From contig JAUXNZ010000036.1 in assembly GCA_030682595.1 (NCBI GenBank), positions 1-45,650 on the forward strand: a stretch of DNA of 45,650 bases, written 5' to 3'. A model generated the notes under the pieces. The model ran no database searches and was not told where the DNA came from. It saw only the letters and a list, made by a program, of their open reading frames with translations. Positions 31,415 through 41,374 of this stretch are shown piece by piece. The stretch is from Rhodocyclaceae bacterium (GTDB lineage: Bacteria; Pseudomonadota; Gammaproteobacteria; Burkholderiales; Rhodocyclaceae). Each line of letters opens with the position of its first letter. Within the stretch, counting starts at the first letter, position 1. A program made the translations under genes and the position numbers.

Positions 31415-31420
31415 GCCCCG

Positions 31421-32233
31421 ATGATCCTCGCGCCGTTCCACCTCGTCGCCAGTGTCGTGCGCCGGTTTGGCGCCGAGCGCTGCGCCCAGACGGCGGCGGC
31501 GCTCTCCTTTGCCACCTTGCTGGGGCTGGTGCCGATGCTGGTCGTGGCGGCGGTGTTGATCGAACAGTTGCCCTTCGCCATCAAGCTGGGCGCCGCCCTC
31601 GAAAAGTTCATTCTCGGGGCCCTGCTGCCTGAAAAGGCCGGTGTGGTGATCGCCCAGTATCTTGGCCAGTTCACGCAGCGCAGCGAACGGGTGACCCTGG
31701 TTGGCCTGGGGGTGCTGGCCGCGACGGCGTTGATGCAGATGCTGACCATCGAACATGCCTTCAATGCCATCTGGAAAGTCAAAAAACCGCGCCCCTGGTT
31801 CCGGCGGCTGGGCCTGCATCTGCTGACCTTGCTGGCGGGACCGCTGGTCTTCGGCGGGGCCCTGGCCAGCACCACCTATCTGGCCGGCGCATCCTTCGGC
31901 CTGATCGACGAGTCCCGCTGGGCAAGGACCATTTTCGCGCAGATGATGCCCGTGGTTTTTCTCGCGGCATTATTCGGCCTGCTTTACTGGAGTTTGCCGA
32001 ATCGCCCGGTCGCGCGCCGGCATGCCGGATTGGCTGGCGCTCTGGCGGCAGCGGCTTTTGTTGGTATGCAACATCTGTTTGCGCTGTATGTCGTGAAATT
32101 TCCGACCTACACGCTGATTTATGGGGCGTTTGCCGCCGTGCCGATTTTTTTGCTCTGGCTTTACCTGTCGTGGTCAGTGATTCTGCTCGGCGCCCTGTTG
32201 ACGGCGGAACTACCCGGGGTGGCGCGGCGCTAA
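31421..32233 (+). CDS. YihY / virulence factor BrkB family inner-membrane protein
   Basis: AAALSFATLLGLVP, IEHAFNAIW, YTLIYGAFAAVPIFLLWLYLSW. Confidence 0.92.
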   Translation: MILAPFHLVASVVRRFGAERCAQTAAALSFATLLGLVPMLVVAAVLIEQLPFAIKLGAALEKFILGALLPEKAGVVIAQYLGQFTQRSERVTLVGLGVLAATALMQMLTIEHAFNAIWKVKKPRPWFRRLGLHLLTLLAGPLVFGGALASTTYLAGASFGLIDESRWARTIFAQMMPVVFLAALFGLLYWSLPNRPVARRHAGLAGALAAAAFVGMQHLFALYVVKFPTYTLIYGAFAAVPIFLLWLYLSWSVILLGALLTAELPGVARR

Positions 32234-32238
32234 AACTG

Positions 32239-33711
32239 TCACAGTGCGGCCTGCGGCACCCGGCGCGCAAATTCAAAAATCTCGATACTTGAGGTATGCA
32301 GGGCGAGTCGACCGGTCGTGCAATCGCAAAGGTGGATGCCCGAGATGTCGTCGGCCAGCAGCGTAAAGGCGCCCGCGTGGAATTGCCCGCGCACGGTCAA
32401 TAGCGCTTCGCCGCGTTGCCCGGCGGCATGGGCGGGCAGCAGCAGCGCCGGAACCGCTGCCGCCGTGCCGTGATAGGCAAGACGTACCGCCTGTGCCGTC
32501 GCGGCGATCAACTCAAGTCCCAACTCGATATGCGCCGGGTTGTTGCTGCTGACCCAGCGGACCAGACAGATGCTCCAGGTATTCCCCGCCAGCGGTCGCA
32601 TGCCCAGCGCCGTGCCGGGGCGCAGGCCGGCGCATGGCCCGGCAACATGGAACAGGGCGTAGCCGCCGGCGCTCTCATTGCTGACCAGCCAGTCGCTGGC
32701 GGCCAGCGGGTAAGCGGCTTCCATGCCGGCCTTGCCGTCGCCGCCGAGGTAGTGCCACAGCGCACCCACGGAGGCGCAAATTTCCGCCCGATAGTTTCCC
32801 TGTCGCCGCGTCTGTTGCCGCTTGATGGGACCGCTCCAGCGGTCCGCCGCCAAGCTCAGTACCTGGCGAAAATCCTCGGTGGTGGCGGCTGGCGGCAGTC
32901 CCAAAGTCGCGGGTGGCGTGCCGCTGTCAAGTTCGGCAAGATGCGCGCGGGCCTGGTAGGCCAGAGGGGTGCAGTCGAAAATCAAAAGATTGGTTTCGTG
33001 TGGTGGCGGGCGGCGACGGGCGAGTGCGTAGGGCGGTTGGTCGCGTGACGGATCGAGCCACCACGCACCGTGCGGCGGAACGTCTTCCGGCGAAAGCCAG
33101 ACGATCTTTGATGAAATGGTCTGTAGATAGTCAATCAAGAAAGCCAGTTCGTGGGTGGTAAAGGATTCCGGTTGTGCCACGGCCAACGCCAGCATGCGGT
33201 TGAACTCATCGGTCAGGCGCGGGTTGGTTTGGTCTGCCTGAAACAGGTGCAGCGTATTGAGGGCGTGTTGCCACAGTTCCGCAGGCAGGGGGATAGCGGA
33301 CAGCATGGATGTCTGAACTTGCCTGTGCAAGCTTCTCATGGCCAGCCAGGCGACCTCTGCTGGATGGCGAAACCCTGCTGCCGAAGGCGCGGTTCTCGCC
33401 AGGCCGGCGACAGCCGCGACAAAACCCCGCGCCAGCAGGCCGAGCGCGTCGACCAGCCGAGCGGCCCTCTGCCGTAGCTCGGTCGGCAGGGGCAGGGCGG
33501 TAGCAACCAGTTCGCTGGTCAGGGCCGTCTGCAGTTCCGCGGCGCGCAACCAAAAAAGCTCCAGAATTTTGCAGCGCCGCTCTGCCGTCAGGTCAAGACT
33601 GCCGAGAAGTTCCAGCATGCTGTCCAGCTTCTCGAAGTCGTCGGCGCTGGCAAAGGAGTGATCCGCGGCGAGCCAGCCGAGAATCTTGTCGAGCGCTCTC
33701 TTTTTCGGCAT
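32239..33711 (-). CDS. Putative c-di-GMP receptor with PilZ-type motifs (FimW-like)
   Basis: Helical N-terminal region, RQQTR (RxxxR) and NESAGG ((D/N)xSxxG), followed by beta-rich VRW...ELGLE segment. Confidence 0.6.
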   Translation of the reverse strand: MPKKRALDKILGWLAADHSFASADDFEKLDSMLELLGSLDLTAERRCKILELFWLRAAELQTALTSELVATALPLPTELRQRAARLVDALGLLARGFVAAVAGLARTAPSAAGFRHPAEVAWLAMRSLHRQVQTSMLSAIPLPAELWQHALNTLHLFQADQTNPRLTDEFNRMLALAVAQPESFTTHELAFLIDYLQTISSKIVWLSPEDVPPHGAWWLDPSRDQPPYALARRRPPPHETNLLIFDCTPLAYQARAHLAELDSGTPPATLGLPPAATTEDFRQVLSLAADRWSGPIKRQQTRRQGNYRAEICASVGALWHYLGGDGKAGMEAAYPLAASDWLVSNESAGGYALFHVAGPCAGLRPGTALGMRPLAGNTWSICLVRWVSSNNPAHIELGLELIAATAQAVRLAYHGTAAAVPALLLPAHAAGQRGEALLTVRGQFHAGAFTLLADDISGIHLCDCTTGRLALHTSSIEIFEFARRVPQAAL

Positions 33712-33797
33712 GGCTGGCGAGTGGGGCGGGGTGGTTGGCGAACGGGTGACGACCCGATTCTAGTAGAATCTCCCTACCGCACGACAATCTGCATGCC

Positions 33798-34520
33798 ATG
33801 ATCCCAGATAAATCCATTCCCGCCGCCGAACGCCTGATCGTTGCGCTTGATGTGCCACAAGCCGAAGCTGCACGGGCGCTGGTAGAGCAATTGGGCGATG
33901 CCGTGCAGTTCTACAAGGTCGGACTCGAACTCTTCATGGCGGGCGGTTATTTCGAACTGATCAATTGGTTGGTGGCGCGGCGGAAAAAGGTGTTCGTCGA
34001 CCTCAAGTTTTTCGATGTCCCCGAAACCGTGTGTGCGGCCGTGCGCGCACTGGCGACCAGTGGCGCAAGCTTCGCCACCGTGCATGGCAACCAGGCCATC
34101 ATGGAGGCGGCGGTGCGTGGGCGTGGTGATGGGGGCGCGCTCAAGATTCTGGCGGTGACGGTGCTGACCAGCCTGGATCGGGGCGATCTTGACGATCTCG
34201 GATTTGACTGCGATGTCGAAAAGCTGGTGCTCTCAAGGGCGCGCCGCGCGCTCCTGGCGGGGGTCGATGGCATTGTGTCCTCTGGCCTTGAAGCGCCGTT
34301 GATTCGCCGCGAGCTTGGCGAGAAGCTGTTGGTCGTGACACCCGGCATCCGCCCGGTCGACAACAAGCCGGCTGACGACCAGAAACGCACCGTCGATGTT
34401 GCCCAGGCCTTCAGGAACGGGGCGGACTACATTGTGATTGGCCGGCCGATTCGCCAGGCCGCCGATCCGCGCGCTGCCGCGCTCGCCGTCCAGCGCACCA
34501 TTGCCGAGGTTTTCGCCTGA
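33798..34520 (+). CDS. pyrF: Orotidine-5'-phosphate decarboxylase
   Basis: LIVALD, KVG, DLKFFDVPETV, VTVLTS, TPGIRP, VIGRPI. Confidence 0.97.
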   Translation: MIPDKSIPAAERLIVALDVPQAEAARALVEQLGDAVQFYKVGLELFMAGGYFELINWLVARRKKVFVDLKFFDVPETVCAAVRALATSGASFATVHGNQAIMEAAVRGRGDGGALKILAVTVLTSLDRGDLDDLGFDCDVEKLVLSRARRALLAGVDGIVSSGLEAPLIRRELGEKLLVVTPGIRPVDNKPADDQKRTVDVAQAFRNGADYIVIGRPIRQAADPRAAALAVQRTIAEVFA

Positions 34521-34523
34521 GGC

Positions 34524-34548
34524 AAAAGTCGGCGCTGGCAAGACGGTG
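34524..34548 (+). repeat. 25-bp dispersed motif (intergenic, 23/25)
   Basis: aaaagtcggcgctggcaagacggtg, 3 nt after pyrF stop. Confidence 0.9.
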
Positions 34549-34629
34549 TGAGCGCAACGTTTTCACACGACTTTCAGCGCAGGCTAACCGGCGTAGCCGG
34601 TTAAGCGCGCCGCGTGCGCGGCCGAAGCT

Positions 34630-34654
34630 AAAAGTCGGCGCTGGCGGGACGGCG
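34630..34654 (+). repeat. 25-bp dispersed motif, perfect copy (intergenic, upstream of rpsP)
   Basis: aaaagtcggcgctggcgggacggcg. Confidence 0.95.
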
Positions 34655-34798
34655 ATGTGGTGAGCAAACAGCTTGTATTAATGGCGATTAATCAATAGAA
34701 TCCCCCCCTTTTTAGTTCCAGCGTAACGCCCGCTGTCGCGGGTATTAGCTTTCACTGAAACTCCGTTTTGCTTTTCGCAGATTTTAGGGGGAACCCGT

Positions 34799-35056
34799 AT
34801 GGTTGTGATTCGTCTTGCCCGCAGCGGCGCAAAGAAGCGTCCCTTTTTCAACATGGTCGTCACCGACTCGCGCAATCGCCGTGATGGTCGTTTTGTCGAG
34901 CGCGTTGGTTTCTACAACCCGAAAGCCGCCGCGAACGAAAAGAGCCTGGTTATCGACACCGTGCGTCTGGCCTATTGGCAGGGCCAGGGCGCCCAGTTGT
35001 CGCCGACCGCCGCGCGTCTGGTCAAGCAATCGGCTGCTGCTGCGGTTAGCGCCTGA
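34799..35056 (+). CDS. rpsP: 30S ribosomal protein S16
   Basis: [17 protein letters not shown]...[19 protein letters not shown]. Confidence 0.98.
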   Translation: MVVIRLARSGAKKRPFFNMVVTDSRNRRDGRFVERVGFYNPKAAANEKSLVIDTVRLAYWQGQGAQLSPTAARLVKQSAAAAVSA

Positions 35057-35061
35057 AAAAC

Positions 35062-35580
35062 ATGGTCGTTCTGGGGCGAGTCACCGCCCCATACGGCGTG
35101 CAAGGCTGGCTCAGGCTGCACCCCTTCGGGGACGACCCCGGGCGCTGGCGCGAGATTTCGAGCTGGTGGCTGGGTCGAGATGAAAATGACTTCTCCGGTT
35201 GGTGCGCCTATCCGCTCCAAGCCTTGCGGTTGCAAGGCAAGAGTTGGGTTGTCAAACTGACGGGCGTCGATGATCGCAGTGGCGCCGAGCGTCTGGTTGG
35301 AAATTATTTTGGCGCGCCGCGCGATGAGTTGCCAAAAACCGATCTTGGCGAGTTTTACTGGTCGGATTTGATTGGGTTGTCGGTGGTGAACCTCGGCAAT
35401 GAGCCTCTGGGTCGAGTGGTCGATCTACTCGAGTCGGGTGCCCACGCGGTGCTGGTGGTGACAGAAGAAAACGGCTGTGGCGAGAAAGTTGAACGCCTGT
35501 TGCCTTTTGTCGATCATGTTGTCAAGGAGGTCGAGATACCGGCCGGTCTGCTGCGGGTCGACTGGGAACGGGACTGGTAG
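35062..35580 (+). CDS. rimM: Ribosome maturation factor RimM
   Basis: [29 protein letters not shown]; synteny. Confidence 0.96.
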   Translation: MVVLGRVTAPYGVQGWLRLHPFGDDPGRWREISSWWLGRDENDFSGWCAYPLQALRLQGKSWVVKLTGVDDRSGAERLVGNYFGAPRDELPKTDLGEFYWSDLIGLSVVNLGNEPLGRVVDLLESGAHAVLVVTEENGCGEKVERLLPFVDHVVKEVEIPAGLLRVDWERDW

Positions 35581-35606
35581 ATGCGCGGGTAGAGGCGGGA
35601 TGGCAG

Positions 35607-36374
35607 ATGCGCTTTGACGTAGTCACGCTCTTTCCGGAGATGTTCGCGGCGGTGACCGACTGCGGCATCACCCGGCGGGCGCTGGAACGTGGTCTGTGGC
35701 AACTGGAAAGCTGGAATCCGCGCGACCGGACAGAGAATGTTCATCGCACGGTGGATGACCGGCCCTTTGGTGGCGGGCCGGGGATGGTGATGCAGGCGGG
35801 TCCGCTGGAGCGCACGGTCGACGCGGCCAAGGCGGCGCGTGAAGAAAAGGGTCTGGACGGGCGGGTGATTTATCTGTCACCACAGGGTCAGCCGCTCACG
35901 CATGCGCGGGTGATGGAACTGGCGGCGGGGAGCGGGGCGATTCTGCTGTGCGGCCGCTACGAAGGTGTTGATGAGCGCTTGATCGAGCGCTGCGTGGATG
36001 AGGAATTATCGCTGGGAGACTTTGTGCTCTCGGGGGGGGAAGTGGCTGCGCTGGCGTTGATTGATGCCTGTGTGCGGCAGTTGCCGGGTGCCTTGAATGA
36101 CGCGGGCTCGGCAGTGGAAGATTCGTTTGTCGATGGGCTGCTCGATTGTCCGCACTACACGCGGCCCGAAGTGTATGAAGGAATGCCGGTGCCGGAGGTT
36201 CTACTCTCCGGTCACCACGAGAACATCCGCCGCTGGCGACTTAAACAGTCGTTGCTGCGGACCCGGGAGCGCCGCCCGGAGCTGTTTGCCAAATGGCTGG
36301 CGCAACACGCTCACTCGTTGAGCCGTGAGGAAACGCAACTACTTCGCGAAATCGAAGCCGATTCAAATGAGTAG
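35607..36374 (+). CDS. trmD: tRNA (guanine37-N1)-methyltransferase
   Basis: [42 protein letters not shown]. Confidence 0.98.
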   Translation: MRFDVVTLFPEMFAAVTDCGITRRALERGLWQLESWNPRDRTENVHRTVDDRPFGGGPGMVMQAGPLERTVDAAKAAREEKGLDGRVIYLSPQGQPLTHARVMELAAGSGAILLCGRYEGVDERLIERCVDEELSLGDFVLSGGEVAALALIDACVRQLPGALNDAGSAVEDSFVDGLLDCPHYTRPEVYEGMPVPEVLLSGHHENIRRWRLKQSLLRTRERRPELFAKWLAQHAHSLSREETQLLREIEADSNE

Positions 36375-36422
36375 CTCTGCGGTCGTGATAAATGCAACAA
36401 GGATTGATCTGGAGAAAACGAC

Positions 36423-36800
36423 ATGAACCTGATTCAACAACTGGAACAAGAAGAAATCGAGCGGCTGGGCAAGACGATCCCGGAATTCGCGCCGGGCGAC
36501 ACGGTCGTCGTCAGCGTCAATGTGGTGGAAGGCGAGCGCAAGCGTGTTCAAGCGTTTGAGGGCGTGGTGATTGCCAAGCGCAACCGCGGCCTCAATTCGA
36601 GCTTCATCGTGCGCAAGATTGCGTCCGGCGAGGGCGTCGAGCGCACCTTCCAGACCTATTCCCCGTTGGTGGCCAGCATCGAGCTGAAGCGCCGCGGCGA
36701 TGTGCGTCGCGCCAAGCTTTACTACCTGCGCGACCGCTCCGGCAAGTCGGCGCGGATCAAGGAAAAGCTCACCAGAAGGGTTGTTGCAGCCAAGGAGTGA
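36423..36800 (+). CDS. rplS: 50S ribosomal protein L19
   Basis: [31 protein letters not shown]. Confidence 0.98.
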   Translation: MNLIQQLEQEEIERLGKTIPEFAPGDTVVVSVNVVEGERKRVQAFEGVVIAKRNRGLNSSFIVRKIASGEGVERTFQTYSPLVASIELKRRGDVRRAKLYYLRDRSGKSARIKEKLTRRVVAAKE

Positions 36801-36819
36801 ATTTTCCGGGCTGCATCAG

Positions 36820-36848
36820 AAAAAAGGGACGCCACGGCGTCCCTTTTT
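36820..36848. terminator. Bidirectional intrinsic terminator between rplS and folE2
   Basis: aaaaagggacgcc-ac-ggcgtcccttttt. Confidence 0.9.
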
Positions 36849-36869
36849 ACATGGGCCAGCAGGTTCAAC

Positions 36870-37015
36870 GTAGAGCGTTTGCGCCGGGCCGCCCCAGGCA
36901 AACGCGGCACGCGGCGCCAGCCGCAAGCCGCGCCTCTGCCAAACAGGCCGCCCCGAAATATGCGAGCAAAGCGAGCCGTTAAGAACCCCCCGCGAGGGGG
37001 GCGAAGGGGGGCGGG
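36870..37015 (-). repeat. Conserved-loop palindromic element, long form, overlapping folE2 3' end
   Basis: Reverse complement matches both ends of 31163-31373; stem gcgtttgc/gcaaacgc around CTGGGGCGGCCCGGC. Confidence 0.9.
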
Positions 37016-37818
37016 TGTTTATCCCGCTCGATGAGCGCGTAGGCCGAATGATTGTGAATCGATTCGAAGTTTTCCGACTCGACAATGTAAGCGTCGATGC
37101 GCGGGTCGGCATTCAGCACGCCGGCCACGTCGCGCACAATGTCCTCGACGAACTTCGGATTGTCGTAGGCGCGCTCGGTAATCATCTTTTCGTCCGGGCG
37201 CTTCAGCAGACCGTACAGTTCGCATGAGGCCTGTGTTTCGGCCATGCGCACCAGTTCCTCGATCCAGACGAAGCTGTTGGTTATGGCCGTGATGGTGATG
37301 TGCGAGCGCTGGTTGTGGGCGCCGCGCTCGGAAATCTTCTTTGAGCAGGGGCACAGGCTGGTGGCTGGCACGACGACGCGCGTGGTTTGCCGGTAGCGGT
37401 TGCCCTCGAGAATTTCGCCGACAAACGTCACCTCGTAATCCATCAGGCTTTTCACCTTCGAGGCGGGCGCTTCCTTGTTGATGAAGTAGGGAAAGCTCAT
37501 CTCCAGGTGGCCGGTGGCGGCCTCCAGGCGCTTCACCATCTCGCGCAGCATCGACTCGAAGCTCTCGACGGAGACTTCGCGTTCGTTGGCGTTGAGGATC
37601 TCGACGAAGCGTGACATGTGGGTGCCCTTGAAGTTATGGGGCAGCCCGACATACATGTTGAAGGTCGCGATGGTGTGCTGCACCCCGCCGGTTTTATCAA
37701 GCACCTTGACCGGGTGGCGGATGGACTTGATGCCGACCTTGTCGATCGGCAACTGGCGGGAGTCGAGGCTGGATTGAACGTCTGGTATGGCCATGATGTC
37801 TTTCAGGTTCACCGGCAT
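36979..37818 (-). CDS. folE2: GTP cyclohydrolase FolE2 (type IB)
   Basis: [46 protein letters not shown]. Confidence 0.97.
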   Translation of the reverse strand: MPVNLKDIMAIPDVQSSLDSRQLPIDKVGIKSIRHPVKVLDKTGGVQHTIATFNMYVGLPHNFKGTHMSRFVEILNANEREVSVESFESMLREMVKRLEAATGHLEMSFPYFINKEAPASKVKSLMDYEVTFVGEILEGNRYRQTTRVVVPATSLCPCSKKISERGAHNQRSHITITAITNSFVWIEELVRMAETQASCELYGLLKRPDEKMITERAYDNPKFVEDIVRDVAGVLNADPRIDAYIVESENFESIHNHSAYALIERDKHPPPFAPLAGGS

Positions 37819-37893
37819 GTCCTTTGTGGCGTTGGAGGTAATGGTCTATCAACCATCATTGCCGTGCCACTGTAACATACCTGACTAAACTAC

Positions 37894-39753
37894 TCAAGTA
37901 ATGGATTGTTGAAACATTTTGATGCGTTCGATGAGTGCGGATGAATTCAGGCCAAGCTCGGCCAGCATTTCGCCTTGCTCGCCATGTTCGATGAAACGGT
38001 CGGGCAAACCGAGGCGCAGCAAGGGTTTGACGATGCCCATGCCCTCCAGTGCGCGCGCGACTTCAGAGCCGGCGCCGCCGATGATGGTGTTCTCTTCAAC
38101 CGTAACGAGCAGGTCGTGCGTGTCTGCCAGTTCACGGATCAACGCCAGGTCGAGGGGCTTGACGAAGCGCATGTTGGCGACGGTGGCATCGAGCGACGCG
38201 GCGGCTTCCAGCGCGGCGGTGAGGAGTGTGCCAAAGACGAGAATCGCCACACCGCGGCCGCGCCGACGGATTTCTCCCTTGCCCAGCGGCAGCGCATCAA
38301 GAGTCGGCGCTGGCGGAACGCCGGCACCGCTGCCGCGCGGGTAGCGCACCGCCGCCGGGCCAGGATGATGGTAGGCGGTGGTCAGCATCTGGCGACATTC
38401 CGCCTCGTCGGCGGGTGCCATGACGACCAGGTTCGGGATGCAGGCGAGGAACGAGAGGTCGAAGGCGCCCTGGTGAGTCGCGCCGTCGGCGCCGACCAGA
38501 CCGCCACGGTCGATGGCAAAGGTGACGTCGAGATTTTGCAGCGCGATGTCATGAATCAGTTGGTCGTAAGCGCGTTGCAGGAAGGTCGAGTAGATCGCCA
38601 CCACCGGCTTCATGCCCTCGCAGGCGAGACCGGCGGCGAAGGTTAGCGCGTGCTGCTCGGCGATGCCGACGTCGTGATAGCGAGCGGGATGTTCCGCGGC
38701 AAAGCGCGTCATGCCGGAACCTTCGCACATCGCCGGTGTGATGCCGACGAGTCGTGAGTCGGCCGCGGCCATATCGCATAGCCAGTCGCCAAAAATGCGC
38801 GTGAAGGAAAGTTTTCCGCCGCCCTTGCCTGACTGGATGCCGTTGTGCGCGTCAAATTTGGCGACGCCGTGGTAGAGCACCGGATCGGCTTCGGCCAGCT
38901 TGTAGCCTTGCCCCTTCCGGGTGATGACATGCAGGAATTGCGGGCCTTTCAGCTCGCGCAGGTTCTGCAAGGTGGGGATCAGGGATTCGAGATCGTGGCC
39001 GTCAATCGGGCCGATGTAGTTGAAGCCGAGTTCCTCGAATAGCGTGCCCGGCACGAACATGCCCTTGACGTGCTCCTCGGCGCGCTTGGCCAGTTGCAGC
39101 AGCGGCGGGGCCATCGACAAAACCTTTTCACCGGCGCGGCGGGCGGCGTTGAAGGTGCGTCCGGAGAGCAGGCGGGCCAGGTACTTGTTGAGCGCGCCGA
39201 CCGGCGGCGAAATCGACATGTCGTTGTCGTTGAGGATGACGAGCAGGTTGGCATCGATCACCCCGGCGTTGTTGAGTGCCTCGAAAGCCTGGCCGGCCGA
39301 CATGGCGCCATCGCCGATGATGGCGACGACGCTGCGTGCTTCGCCTTTGTCGCGCGCCGCAACCGCCATGCCGAGGGCCGCCGAAATCGAGGTGGACGAA
39401 TGGCCGACGCCAAACGTGTCGTAGGCGCTCTCGTCACGACGCGGGAAACCCGAAATGCCTGCCTTGGTGCGCAATCCAGCCATGCCGGCCCGGCGGCCGG
39501 TGAGCACCTTGTGCGCATAGGTTTGGTGGCCGACATCCCAGACCAACCGGTCTTCGGGCGTGGCGAAGACGTAATGCAAGGCGATGGTGAGTTCGATGGT
39601 ACCGAGATTCGACGACAGATGTCCGCCGGTCCTGGCGACCGAGTCGAGCAGGAAGGCGCGCAACTCTTCGGCCAGCGCGGCCAGTTGCTCGCGCGGCAAC
39701 TGGCGCAGGTCGGCCGGGTCGGCAATGGTGTCGAGCAGGGGGAAGGACGTCAT
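37894..39753 (-). CDS. dxs: 1-deoxy-D-xylulose-5-phosphate synthase
   Basis: [24 protein letters not shown]...[22 protein letters not shown]; start ATG 39753. Confidence 0.98.
   Translation of the reverse strand: MTSFPLLDTIADPADLRQLPREQLAALAEELRAFLLDSVARTGGHLSSNLGTIELTIALHYVFATPEDRLVWDVGHQTYAHKVLTGRRAGMAGLRTKAGISGFPRRDESAYDTFGVGHSSTSISAALGMAVAARDKGEARSVVAIIGDGAMSAGQAFEALNNAGVIDANLLVILNDNDMSISPPVGALNKYLARLLSGRTFNAARRAGEKVLSMAPPLLQLAKRAEEHVKGMFVPGTLFEELGFNYIGPIDGHDLESLIPTLQNLRELKGPQFLHVITRKGQGYKLAEADPVLYHGVAKFDAHNGIQSGKGGGKLSFTRIFGDWLCDMAAADSRLVGITPAMCEGSGMTRFAAEHPARYHDVGIAEQHALTFAAGLACEGMKPVVAIYSTFLQRAYDQLIHDIALQNLDVTFAIDRGGLVGADGATHQGAFDLSFLACIPNLVVMAPADEAECRQMLTTAYHHPGPAAVRYPRGSGAGVPPAPTLDALPLGKGEIRRRGRGVAILVFGTLLTAALEAAASLDATVANMRFVKPLDLALIRELADTHDLLVTVEENTIIGGAGSEVARALEGMGIVKPLLRLGLPDRFIEHGEQGEMLAELGLNSSALIERIKMFQQSIT
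38299..38323 (+). repeat. 25-bp dispersed motif (antisense in dxs, 22/25, encodes GVPPAPTL)
   Basis: aagagtcggcgctggcggaacgccg. Confidence 0.85.
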
Positions 39754-39755
39754 TT

Positions 39756-40646
39756 TCAAAAAGTGCGGTCGACGATGTAATCGGTCAGCGCACGCAGGCG
39801 CACGGTGTCGGCCTGGCAAACATCGAGTGCCGCATGGGCTTCCGCGCGCAACCGCGCGGCAAGCTCCTTGGCACGCGTGAGGCCCAGCATGCTGACATAG
39901 GTGGGTTTGTCTTGTGCGGCATCCTTGCCGGCAGTTTTCCCCAGGGTGACGGTGCTGCCCTCGGCATCGAGTATGTCATCCACCACCTGAAACAAGAGGC
40001 CGGCGCGATTGGCATAGTGGCCGAGCGTTTGCAAAGCGGCTTCATCGGCACCGCCGGCGTGGGCACCCAGCAAAACAGCGGCGCGAATCAGCGCGCCGGT
40101 TTTGTGGATGTGCATGAATTCGAGTTCTTCAATCGACAGCGCCAGGCCGACCGCGGCCAGGTCGATCGCCTGACCGCCCGCCATGCCGCGCGAACCGGCG
40201 GCCTGTGCCAGCACGGTGAGCATCAGCAACTGGCGTTCGGGGCTGGGCGCGGCGGGCTGTTCGGCCAGCAACTGAAAAGCCAGTGTCTGTAAGGCGTCGC
40301 CGACCAGCAAGGCGGTCGCCTCGTCGTATTCGACATGACAGGTTGGCCGGCCACGGCGCAGGACGTCGTTGTCCATGGCGGGCAGGTCGTCGTGCACCAG
40401 CGAATAGGCGTGAATCAGTTCGACCGCGCAGGCGGTGACATCAATCAGTCGTGGATCGGCTTTGATCGCTTCGCCGGCGGCATGGCACAACAGTGGGCGT
40501 ATGCGTTTGCCCCCCCCGAGCGCGCTGTAGCGCATTGCGGCGTGCAGGCGCGTCGGCGCGGTTGTTGCGGGAGGCAGGCAGCGTTCCAGCGCAGCTTCGG
40601 TGCGACGCTGGATCATGGCCATCCATGAGGCAAAGGAATCGTTCAA
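39756..40646 (-). CDS. ispA: Farnesyl diphosphate synthase / geranyltranstransferase
   Basis: [39 protein letters not shown]. Confidence 0.96.
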   Translation of the reverse strand: MNDSFASWMAMIQRRTEAALERCLPPATTAPTRLHAAMRYSALGGGKRIRPLLCHAAGEAIKADPRLIDVTACAVELIHAYSLVHDDLPAMDNDVLRRGRPTCHVEYDEATALLVGDALQTLAFQLLAEQPAAPSPERQLLMLTVLAQAAGSRGMAGGQAIDLAAVGLALSIEELEFMHIHKTGALIRAAVLLGAHAGGADEAALQTLGHYANRAGLLFQVVDDILDAEGSTVTLGKTAGKDAAQDKPTYVSMLGLTRAKELAARLRAEAHAALDVCQADTVRLRALTDYIVDRTF

Positions 40647-40900
40647 GAAGCCTCGCCTGCGGAGTTCGGCGGCGGGATTTCGCCCAGGTCGCGCAGGGTC
40701 CCATTGTCGAGGATGCGGATTTTCTGCTCGGCCTGGCCCAGGGTGGTCTGGCAGAAATTGAGCAGCCCCGTGCCGCGCTCGTAGGCCTTGAGCGAGTCCT
40801 CAAGGGGCGCACCACCGCCTTCCAGCGTCTGGACGATACTTTCGAGTTCCTGCAGGGCAGCCTCGAATGAGGCGGGCGGTTTGGGGTTGGGAGCTTTCAT
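40643..40900 (-). CDS. xseB: Exodeoxyribonuclease VII small subunit
   Basis: SFEAALQELESIV..LE.G..PLEDSLKAYERG; xseB-ispA-dxs synteny. Confidence 0.95.
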   Translation of the reverse strand: MKAPNPKPPASFEAALQELESIVQTLEGGGAPLEDSLKAYERGTGLLNFCQTTLGQAEQKIRILDNGTLRDLGEIPPPNSAGEAS

Positions 40901-41014
40901 CGGGAGTATTTTGTGCGCGAACCCGTAAAAATAGCCTATGGCGGCCGCCAAGGTCAAATTGGCTATACTCAGCCACCCTTACGATATGCTTATGGCCGAG
41001 GAGATTTCCCAGCA

Positions 41015-41374
41015 ATGATTACCATCGATCACACCCAGCGCCTCGTCACCGTCGCCGTCATGGGCGAGTTCACGCTCGACGATTTTCGCGAGTTCGAGGA
41101 ATATGTGTTAACCGACGGCCGTTTCGACGGCGCCCTGGACCTGCTGTTCGACCTGAACGAGATGGCCGGCTTTACCGTCGATATGGCGTTGGAGGAGATC
41201 AAGTTCTCCCGTATCCATGGCGGCGATTTTCGTCGCATTGCCATCGTCACCCATAGCCAGTGGGTGGCCTGGAGCACCTGGCTGGAACAACTGTTTGTCA
41301 GCGCCGACCTGCGGGTTTTCGACGATGCCGGCGAAGCGCGCACCTGGCTTATTACTGAAGCGGAGATTGATTGA
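41015..41374 (+). CDS. SpoIIAA-like (STAS/SEC14) domain protein
   Basis: 119 aa; GEFTLDDF, FRRIAIVT, RVFDDAGEARTWL pattern; GAGGAG RBS. Confidence 0.8.
   Translation: MITIDHTQRLVTVAVMGEFTLDDFREFEEYVLTDGRFDGALDLLFDLNEMAGFTVDMALEEIKFSRIHGGDFRRIAIVTHSQWVAWSTWLEQLFVSADLRVFDDAGEARTWLITEAEID

Noticed and set aside
31153-31420. Small ORFs here and at 36797-37112 sharing peptides ([17 protein letters not shown])
   Set aside because: Similarity comes from the shared DNA repeat; no evidence they are genes.
33640-33651. Further partial motif matches (gtcggcgctggc here; gtcggcgctgac on the minus strand near 41297; tcggcgctgg on the minus strand near 10598 and 22869)
   Set aside because: Only 10-12 GC-rich bases match, which is plausible by chance; not counted.
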